From an uncultured delta proteobacterium (GTDB taxonomy: Bacteria > Desulfobacterota > Desulfobacteria > Desulfobacterales > Desulfosalsimonadaceae): a DNA stretch of 64,000 nucleotides. Where the stretch lies: positions 384,001 to 448,000 of the forward strand of contig CAWGYD010000001.1 of NCBI GenBank assembly GCA_963826785.1, written 5' to 3'. Within the stretch, counting starts at the first letter, position 1; every line of letters starts with the position of its first letter. Shown in pieces: positions 1-8,328 of this stretch. The position numbers and the translations under genes are program-made. The notes under the pieces were generated by a model. That model ran no database searches, was not told the origin of the DNA, and worked only from the letters and a program-made list of their open reading frames with translations.

Positions 1-936
<936 letters not shown>

Positions 937-1052
937 TCCATCAAAACAAATGCCGGGGGGGCACAACGCCCTCCCGGTAAATCCCCGATGAGCGGGGTTT
1001 ACCCCCGCTCCGCGCTGGCCTGATTCATCTGAATCGGGACACAAACTGCAAG

Positions 1053-1091
1053 AGCAAAGGGCCGCTTTTTCCCAAAAGCGGCCCTTTTGCT
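1053..1091 (+). terminator. Intrinsic terminator-like hairpin after thiolase
   Basis: Inverted repeat agcaaagggccgctttt / aaaagcggcccttttgct. Confidence 0.7.
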
Positions 1092-1287
1092 TCTCGATGC
1101 TGCAGTATCAATAGAAGACCTAAATTTTTCTTGAAAAACAAAAAATCCTGCCCTATTGCTTAATTATTATTTTCTTCGGCACCGGGGGATTTTACGCCAA
1201 TACCCATGGGCGGTATTTCAAAAAATGGCATGCTGTAAGTATTTTCCGGCCCGTCCTCTTTTCATCTTTTCATAAAGGATTCAGTTG

Positions 1288-1566
1288 ATGAAGCTTTACG
1301 TCGGCAATCTCGCCTACTCCGTCACGGAGTCGGACCTCAGCACAATGTTTGGTGAGTTCGGTGAAGTTTTAAGCGCAAAAGTCATTACGGATCGTTTTAC
1401 GGGCAAATCAAAGGGATTCGGCTTCGTGGAAATGGCGAACAAGGAGCAGGGCGAAAGTGCGATTGCCGCGCTTAACGGCAAGTCACATGATTCCAGGGAC
1501 ATGGTGGTCAACGAAGCCCGTCCCCAGGCGAAAAAAGAGTTCAAATCCGGCCCCAAGCGCTGGTAA
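1288..1566 (+). CDS. RRM-domain RNA-binding protein
   Basis: RNP2 KLYVGNL, RNP1 KGFGFVEM, VNEARP; AAGGA upstream. Confidence 0.95.
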   Translation: MKLYVGNLAYSVTESDLSTMFGEFGEVLSAKVITDRFTGKSKGFGFVEMANKEQGESAIAALNGKSHDSRDMVVNEARPQAKKEFKSGPKRW

Positions 1567-1616
1567 TTGCCGATGGTCTCGGCCTTGGCCGCTATTCTGT
1601 AGAAACGTAAGCGTCA

Positions 1617-1651
1617 AAAGGGGACTGCTGTCTTCAACGGTCCCCTTTCTT
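1617..1651 (+). terminator. Intrinsic terminator
   Basis: aaaggggactg...cggtcccctttctt hairpin with T-rich tail. Confidence 0.65.
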
Positions 1652-1700
1652 GTAATTCGCAGAAAACGCTGCGCACTGGATCAATTCAAGAGGAGCCGGC

Positions 1701-1916
1701 ATGGAAGTATGTACCTTAAATGAGTTTATGAAATCTATCCAGCCCTGGATCTCCGAGCAATATATTCGCAAAGCCTACCTGGATAATAACGGTGACTTCG
1801 TTCTGGCCTTCACGGACGGAGTGAAAAATGTCTACCGGGTGGCGGAATGTTCCCGGGACCAGCTGGTGGAGATACTCAAGGACATGGAGAAAGATGGAAT
1901 TGAGGTGTCCTTTTGA
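1701..1916 (+). CDS. Small hypothetical protein (71 aa)
   Basis: GAGGAG RBS; stop overlaps next start (TGATG); protein-like composition. Confidence 0.7.
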   Translation: MEVCTLNEFMKSIQPWISEQYIRKAYLDNNGDFVLAFTDGVKNVYRVAECSRDQLVEILKDMEKDGIEVSF

Positions 1917-2515
1917 TGAAGGCTCAGCTGCGATCCGCCGCGGCGTCCGTTTACATCACCATAGAAGCGATCGGCGACATACTGCTGCGGAAGAGCAGCC
2001 GCGCAAAGCACCTGCATCTGAGCATCCGGCCGTATGATGGGATCCAGGTGGCGGTGCCGGAAAACGTGACGTTTGAGGCCGCGGAAAAATTCGTCCGCTC
2101 AAAAACGGACTGGCTCAAAAAACATCTCCCCAAAATCCAGGCACTGGAAGCCGGGGCCGACCGGCTGCGGCAGGAATCGGTCATGGACCGCAAAACCGCC
2201 CGGGGCATCATCGTTGCCCGCCTGCAGGTACTCGCCGAAACATCGGGGTTTTCCTACAACCGGGTCTATGTCCGATCTCAGAAAACCCGGTGGGGAAGCT
2301 GTTCGGAGAAGAACAACATCAACCTGAACATCGCCCTGGCCTACCTCCCCCGGGAATTGATGGATTACACGATTTATCATGAACTGGTGCATACCCGTAT
2401 CAAAAATCACGGCCGCGGATTCTGGCAGGAACTGGAGAGACATGTTCCCGGTGCCAGGCAACTGGACCGTAAACTCTGCCGGTATCAGGCGGTTCTGTAT
2501 CTGAACAACCCTTAA
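1916..2515 (+). CDS. YgjP/DUF45-like zinc metallopeptidase-family protein
   Basis: KTRWGSCS and HELVH (HExxH) followed by NHGRGFW. Confidence 0.88.
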   Translation: MKAQLRSAAASVYITIEAIGDILLRKSSRAKHLHLSIRPYDGIQVAVPENVTFEAAEKFVRSKTDWLKKHLPKIQALEAGADRLRQESVMDRKTARGIIVARLQVLAETSGFSYNRVYVRSQKTRWGSCSEKNNINLNIALAYLPRELMDYTIYHELVHTRIKNHGRGFWQELERHVPGARQLDRKLCRYQAVLYLNNP

Positions 2516-2533
2516 TGTTTAATGAGGAGAGAC

Positions 2534-2755
2534 ATGGCGGAAGGCAAGATCACCCAATCCATGGCGAAGTTCTGCAAGGACACCTGCCCGGTCTGCACAC
2601 GGGCACGGGAAAACGGCCAGGGAATTCTGTATCAGCTGACCCGGGTCGAAGAGCACGTATGCCCGGCCTGCCGGTCCTACAAGAAAGTGTACGGGGTGCC
2701 GGCCCATGAAAAGATCGTAAAAAAGACCCGCGCCCGGCGAAAGAAGAAAAAGTAG
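2534..2755 (+). CDS. Small Cys-rich hypothetical protein with basic tail
   Basis: GAGGAG RBS before ATG 2534; CxxxCPxC and CPxC motifs. Confidence 0.7.
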   Translation: MAEGKITQSMAKFCKDTCPVCTRARENGQGILYQLTRVEEHVCPACRSYKKVYGVPAHEKIVKKTRARRKKKK

Positions 2756-2765
2756 CCCGGCTTCG

Positions 2766-2794
2766 TTGACCCTGCCGCTGCAGATTCCTATTAT
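2766..2794 (+). promoter_or_regulatory. Putative sigma70 promoter
   Basis: TTGACC-N17-TATTAT about 100 nt upstream of the 2895 start. Confidence 0.5.
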
Positions 2795-2894
2795 TTTACA
2801 AGATAGTCTCTATACACAAATGAGATAATTTGCCCGATTCGCGGGGTGTGGATGCGGATATGAACTGCACGTTTCCATAAAAAGGGGGGACTTT

Positions 2895-3512
2895 ATGGCT
2901 GTGATCACGATTGCACGCCAGTTCGGGGCCGGCGGGCAGACCGTCGGGCGGATGGTCGCTTCGCGGTTGGACTATCTTTTTCTCGATGATGCCATCATCC
3001 AGGAAATTTCCAGAAAAACCCGGGTGACCCAAGGGGCGGTCAAGGGAATGGAGTCGATGGCCGGCGGGTTTATTTCCCGCGTCATTACCGGCGCCATCAG
3101 CCGCAGCTATATGGAGCGGCTGATGGGTGACCGTGCGGGCTACATGGATGAAAACATCTATGTGGAAACACTGATTGCCGTCATCCGCGAATTTGCGGAA
3201 AAAGACAACGTGGTGCTCCTGGGGCGGGGCGGACAGTACGTCTTAAGGGATTTTGAAAATGCATACCATTTTCTGCTGGTGGCGGGAAAAGAGGATCGCA
3301 TCCGTTTTATGAAGAACACCTATCACCTTTCCGAATCCAATGCAGCCGGGGCCGTTGCGGACGGCAGCAAGCGGCGGGCCAACCTCTACTCCAAATTCGG
3401 AAGGACTGACTACAATGATCCGTCCCTTTACCACCTGATCTTAAACATGAGCAGGATCAGCGTTGAGCAGGCGGTTTTGCAAATCTGCAGCCTGGTGCAA
3501 AAGAGTTCCTGA
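2895..3512 (+). CDS. Cytidylate kinase-like family protein
   Basis: VITIARQFGAGG N-terminus, VLLGRGG, DPSLYHLILN. Confidence 0.9.
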   Translation: MAVITIARQFGAGGQTVGRMVASRLDYLFLDDAIIQEISRKTRVTQGAVKGMESMAGGFISRVITGAISRSYMERLMGDRAGYMDENIYVETLIAVIREFAEKDNVVLLGRGGQYVLRDFENAYHFLLVAGKEDRIRFMKNTYHLSESNAAGAVADGSKRRANLYSKFGRTDYNDPSLYHLILNMSRISVEQAVLQICSLVQKSS

Positions 3513-3538
3513 ACGAAACGAACTTTTTGCCCGAAAGT

Positions 3539-3862
3539 TCAGCAACAGGCTGACCGCGATTTCTTCCCTGCTTGCGTCGGTTCGATCACACAGCAGCATT
3601 CCGAACCTGAGCGGCCCAGAAACGAGTTGATGACCGCGGCCGCACACCCGACCCCGGCATCGACCCGGATCGCGTCCGCCGGGCAGTTTTTGGCGCAGGC
3701 CCCGCATTCCATGCAGGCATCCCGGTCCGCAATTTTAGCGCAGCCGTTTTCCAATTGAAAAACCGCGTGCGGACAGACCACCGTGCACATGCCGCAGCCC
3801 ACACAGGCACCTTCATCCAGTTTCAGTGTAACCACATCTTTCAGGTACTTCATCTCGTTCAT
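3539..3862 (-). CDS. hgcB: Mercury methylation ferredoxin HgcB
   Basis: Two CxxCxxCxxxCP motifs including the diagnostic CMECGAC; GVGCA; Cys-rich C-terminus; directly downstream of hgcA. Confidence 0.95.
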   Translation of the reverse strand: MNEMKYLKDVVTLKLDEGACVGCGMCTVVCPHAVFQLENGCAKIADRDACMECGACAKNCPADAIRVDAGVGCAAAVINSFLGRSGSECCCVIEPTQAGKKSRSACC

Positions 3863-3878
3863 TGTTTCTCATTGTTTT

Positions 3879-5048
3879 TTACATCTTTAAGGCGAAACCC
3901 ACCCACAGGATCAGGCCTGCGGCGGCGGCTGCGATCTGTGCCGGAACCGCCCGCTTCATTTCTTTTCTGACCCCGGAAAGCGACGTGTAGGTGGATGATC
4001 CGGTAAAATTCATTCCCAGAAAAGAACCTGCCGCCGCGGCCATCAGGGCCAGTGCGGCAAACGGCATCAGTGGGGGCAGACTTCCGGAGAGGCCGTCCCA
4101 CAGGAACATTACCGTGACCGCACAAACAAACCCTGCGGCGGCACCCTTGACGGAAAAGGACCTCCCGGGAAGCCACGGCAACAGCAGCGGGGTGAGCACC
4201 GTTCCCCCGGCCAGGCCCCCGACCAGAACAGCCAGGGCAAACAATCCCGCCCGGGGATCAAACGAATCCATCGGGGAAATCAGGCCGCCCAGGAGGAACA
4301 GAACGGGAGCAGCCAGCAAAACCCATTTCAAGGTCGGGACCAGCTCCATGGGGATCAGGGCCGCGCGTTCGGCGATGGGAAATGTTTTGCGCCGCATCTG
4401 CGGCGTGGCTTTTTCCCCGCAGTCCAGGAAGCGCGGGAGATCGGCAGCCTCCACCGGACCGTAAACAACCGAGAATCCGGATTGTTTCTTCACCATGTGG
4501 GCGGCGATTCCGGGAGCGCCCAACTGCGGCAGGATCAGCTTCCGGTGACTGACCACGGTGGAAAGTCCGCTGGCCCGGATTCGCAAAACCAGTTCATCCG
4601 TGCCGAAAGTGCCTTTTCCTGCGGCGCACCAGACATTGATGCCCCGGGTGTCCAGCACCAGCATCCATGCAGGGCGGCCGGAAAGCTGCGATCGGAGCCG
4701 GTCAAAGCTCATCTTGTAGTTGGCTGTCACCAGGACGGGGGACTGTTCATCCGGATTTCCGGCGGCATACAGCCCGGGGTCCACGGTATAGGTCATGCGG
4801 CCGATTCCCCACCGGGCTTTGACGGTGCCCCACCGGTCCGCAGGCTCAAGTGCGGTGGGAATCCGGGGGATCGGTCCGGATGCGGTTTCCACCTTTCCCA
4901 TGACAAAAGGCTGCGTTGCGCGGGGGCGTTCAAACTGAACCCGCTTCCGGGGCGGTCAGCAGGAAGCGGAGGAAGCCGGCTGGATTTCAGCCTCGTTTAC
5001 GGTCGCCGCAATATTGACCGGAAATTCATTCATGTCGGTTTTGGCCAT
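3879..5048 (-). CDS. hgcA: Mercury methylation corrinoid protein HgcA with N-terminal extension containing an in-frame UGA (probable selenocysteine), 389 aa
   Basis: Cap-helix motif NVWCAAGK, TANYKMSFD, C-terminal TM region with NFTGSSTYTSLSGV. ATG at 5048 (AGGA RBS) is in frame with the 4901 ATG, and the only stop between them is TGA 4956-4958, right after a Cys codon. Confidence 0.93.
4920..4944 (-). promoter_or_regulatory. Putative bacterial SECIS hairpin
   Basis: Minus strand, starting 11 nt after UGA: GCGG-GUUCA-[GUU]-UGAAC-GCCC-CCGC; G-starting apical loop 20 nt from the UGA. Confidence 0.6.
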
Positions 5049-5112
5049 TTCATTGTCCTGGATATGTTTTTACAAGGTATTCGAATCCGCCTGGATCCGT
5101 TCCGGGAACACT

Positions 5113-5140
5113 ATTTTAAGACATTTTCCGCTATTTTCAA
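5113..5140 (-). promoter_or_regulatory. Putative sigma70 promoter of hgcAB
   Basis: TTGAAA-N16-TAAAAT on minus strand, about 65 nt upstream of ATG 5048. Confidence 0.5.
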
Positions 5141-5297
5141 GATCAATCGTTATTTCGGCGGCCGCACTTGCTTCTTTCAGAACATATTTCCGAGGGGGGA
5201 TGCAACCCCCTTTTTTGCGGCTTTGCGAGAGAAAATTTCGCGTTTCATTTCATGGAAACGATCGGTGGCGTGAGCGGATCACCGGATGGGAATTTTT

Positions 5298-6713
5298 TTA
5301 CCGGGCAGGGGAGGCGCTTTCGGAATGGATTGAATTTCCGGTCGGTGACCGCTGATCCAAATGAAAGCAGCTTCCGGGTATGGATTTGACCCGCTTTTTG
5401 ACTTCGGCGCAGGCATCGTTGACCTCCAGGTACTGCCGGAAAGCCTGTTGGGACAGGTCCACCCCGGCCAGGCTGATGCTCATGATGGGAAAGACCATGT
5501 TGCGCTCCTGGCGGTCCTTGGCGGCGATGCATCCCGATTGGGCGTCCTTCTGGTCGTAAAAACGGGTGATTCCGTCGTCGAACCGGCGGATGATCTCCTC
5601 GCATACCCGCCGGCACTGATCGGAGCCGATCAGCAGGATGAAATCGTCTCCGCCGATATGGCCGATAAACCCTTGCTGCCCGTTATGTCCGGCGATGACG
5701 TCCTTGAAGATACCCGCGGTAAACCGGATCACGTCATCCCCCCGGGCAAATCCGTACTTGTCGTTGAAGGGTTTGAAGAAATCAAGGTCTGCATGGATGA
5801 CGCAGATGTCATGATTTTCTGATAGCGCCTGGTTGATCGCTTCGGCAACGGAGTTATTTCCCGGCAGGCCCGTGTTGGGATTGGCATCAAGGGCAAGGCG
5901 GTTGAGCATTTCCAGTTCAAGCATGGCAGTGCGGAGATTCAGGTGATTTTTCACCCGGACCTTGACGATTTGCGGGTTGATGGGTTTGATGACATAATCG
6001 ATGGCGCCGATGTCCAGGCCGCGGTATTCATCCGCTCCTTCATGCAGGGCGGTGATAAAGATCACTGGAATGTCCCTGGTTTTCGGGTTGGTCTTGAGCA
6101 GTTTACAGACGGCATACCCATCCATATCCGGCATCATGATATCGAGCAGGATCAGGTCCGGCGCGTTTTGCGCCACCATCCTGAGCCCCTGCCGACCGTT
6201 TTCGGCCACCAGTGTCTCGTATTCGGATCCCAGAACATCCACCAGGATGTCAATGGTGAGCGGATCATCGTCTACGATCAGGATTCTGTGCCTTGCCTTG
6301 GCCATTCGGTGCGCCGGCGGTGCGAATTTTTTTTCTTCCGTCTCGTTGCGCCTGATTCGGCTGATCGAACCCAGGACTTCAGCAAGCGCATCGTTGAATC
6401 GGGTGATGGTGCCGCTGTTTGCCGTCAGGTTCCCGTCAGCGGCCGCTTGTTCGAGGTCTGCCGCCGCGTGCTGCAGGGATTGTGCGCCGAAGATCGCAGC
6501 GACCCCCTTGATGGAATGGGCCGTGCGGCGCACCCATTTTAAATTATTTTTTTCACAGGCTCTCGTCATCAAGCGTACGGTCTGCCCGTATTCATGGTCA
6601 AACGTCTGGAGAAGAGAAATGCAAAGGTCATTGTTCCCCTTGAACCACCTCTGCATCTTTTCCATATTGATGCCCGGCAAGTGAGCGGGCAAATCGCCTG
6701 ACTGATTTTGCAT
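5298..6713 (-). CDS. Hpt-REC-GGDEF diguanylate cyclase/response regulator
   Basis: Hpt AHSIKGVA; receiver ILIVDD...LLDIMMP...KP; cyclase DLDFFKPFNDKYGF and GHIGGDDF; start could be GTG 6728. Confidence 0.9.
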   Translation of the reverse strand: MQNQSGDLPAHLPGINMEKMQRWFKGNNDLCISLLQTFDHEYGQTVRLMTRACEKNNLKWVRRTAHSIKGVAAIFGAQSLQHAAADLEQAAADGNLTANSGTITRFNDALAEVLGSISRIRRNETEEKKFAPPAHRMAKARHRILIVDDDPLTIDILVDVLGSEYETLVAENGRQGLRMVAQNAPDLILLDIMMPDMDGYAVCKLLKTNPKTRDIPVIFITALHEGADEYRGLDIGAIDYVIKPINPQIVKVRVKNHLNLRTAMLELEMLNRLALDANPNTGLPGNNSVAEAINQALSENHDICVIHADLDFFKPFNDKYGFARGDDVIRFTAGIFKDVIAGHNGQQGFIGHIGGDDFILLIGSDQCRRVCEEIIRRFDDGITRFYDQKDAQSGCIAAKDRQERNMVFPIMSISLAGVDLSQQAFRQYLEVNDACAEVKKRVKSIPGSCFHLDQRSPTGNSIHSESASPAR

Positions 6714-7018
6714 GCGCAATTTTCTCACAAAAAATGAATTTATATTTTGAATTGAAAAGAACCGGTGGAGACGATGAGAAGCATGGGCGGAAAAACCGCA
6801 GCATGCATATTAGATGAAATTACAAACTTACACCAAAATTCTAAAAATGCAATATCAGAGTGCGTTTTCCAAACAAATGCAAGGATTTTTGCAGATAAAA
6901 CCATAAAATGCAAATCCACTTTTGGTTTGATAAATATCACTATCCGGTATATCGGAGTTGGTTGATTCGATCGGCATCATGCCGTTAAATCGCAAGCAAG
7001 CTGTATGGAAGGGATAAG

Positions 7019-8104
7019 ATGATGGGCGATTCTCAAGTCAAGATCGGGATGTTGGATATCCGGGATCGCATCGGCGGGATGGTGGATGATCTTTTTCTGA
7101 TGCTCCCGAAGATGATCCGGCCCTTTATTCCCCTGCCGGACATGGACCGCAAGCTTTACGAGCGCCAGATCGACTTTTATTTCGATGCCGGGTACGTGGA
7201 CTCGCCTGTCGATTTTTTCAGGCTGCCCGAGGCGGTTCCGGAGGCCAGGGTCGTCTCGAGCACCCCCTTTTTGAGTGGAAAGCGTGAAGTTTATGCCTTT
7301 GACAGCGGTTATGAACCGGCAAACCCCCTGGTGGCCGACCGTTTTTCCGCTTTTTCCGAAAACAGGACCGCTTACCTGGTGAAGTGGTCCCATGGGGAGG
7401 AAGGCCGGAAAACCGTTCTCTGTCTGCACGGCTACATGCTGGGTGACCCGGACCAGGCCGAAAAGATGTTCAATGTCGCCCGGCTGCATCAGATGGGCCT
7501 GGACGTGGCGCTGTTCATATCGCCCTTTCACTGGCGGCGGGCGCCGGAATCGAAGGTGCATCGGGGCATTTTCCTGCAGCCCAATGACGTGGTCATGACG
7601 TGTGAATGTTTCGGTCAGGCCATGCACGACCTTTACCGCTCCATGCGATTCCTCAGGAGCCGCGGGGCGGCAGATATCGGCATTATCGGGGCCAGTCTGG
7701 GCGGCTACAACGCCGGACTGATCGCTGCATTGACCGATGCCGCTTTTTTTTCCGCATTGATGGTGCCGGCCGTGCAATTTACCGGGGGAAATTTCACCCC
7801 GGAAGCGGTCCGGCATCCTTTTCCCATAGAGGCCGAATTCATGGATCGGATCATGCAGGTATGGACGCTGCATTCACCGCTCAATTTCATGCCGAAGATC
7901 TCGAAGGAGCGGATTCTGGTCATCGCCTCAAAGGGAGATCAGCTGTGCCCCTTCGAACATGTGCTTGCCCTGTGCAGAAAATGGGGATGGCCCCCCCACC
8001 TGTTCATGACCGGCGGCCACTGGCTGATGTTTGATGCCAAGGCCCGGGGGCGGATGTGGTACCGCTTCCTGTCCGACATGGGATTTGTGTCCGAAGCCCC
8101 CTGA
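7019..8104 (+). CDS. Alpha/beta hydrolase
   Basis: LHGY oxyanion region, GASLGG nucleophile elbow, GDQL and GGH catalytic motifs. Confidence 0.85.
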   Translation: MMGDSQVKIGMLDIRDRIGGMVDDLFLMLPKMIRPFIPLPDMDRKLYERQIDFYFDAGYVDSPVDFFRLPEAVPEARVVSSTPFLSGKREVYAFDSGYEPANPLVADRFSAFSENRTAYLVKWSHGEEGRKTVLCLHGYMLGDPDQAEKMFNVARLHQMGLDVALFISPFHWRRAPESKVHRGIFLQPNDVVMTCECFGQAMHDLYRSMRFLRSRGAADIGIIGASLGGYNAGLIAALTDAAFFSALMVPAVQFTGGNFTPEAVRHPFPIEAEFMDRIMQVWTLHSPLNFMPKISKERILVIASKGDQLCPFEHVLALCRKWGWPPHLFMTGGHWLMFDAKARGRMWYRFLSDMGFVSEAP

Positions 8105-8113
8105 AGAAGATCT

Positions 8114-8248
8114 TTATCGGATCAGTCCCAGAATGCCGAAAATGATCAGGTACAGTGCGATGAAGTAATTGAGCAGTTTGGGCATGATCAGAATCAGAAT
8201 GCCGGTGATCAATGAAATGACCGCCTGGAGATCAAAATGGGGATTCAT
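8114..8248 (-). CDS. Small membrane protein, DUF3096-like (44 aa; absent from ORF track)
   Basis: Hand translation MNPHFDLQAVISLITGILILIMPKLLNYFIALYLIIFGILGLIR; AAAGGA RBS. Confidence 0.85.
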   Translation of the reverse strand: MNPHFDLQAVISLITGILILIMPKLLNYFIALYLIIFGILGLIR

Positions 8249-8328
8249 ATGATTTCCTTTCTGCAATAAATAGGGTTCGTCGAAAAACAAGGATTACCTT
8301 TGGCGCCGATCCATTCAAGTTTTGGGGT

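Noticed and set aside
3879..4901. Calling this gene CdhE/AcsC, or starting it at 4901
   Set aside because: Cap-helix Cys, TM domain and adjacent hgcB identify HgcA; the RBS and promoter fit ATG 5048
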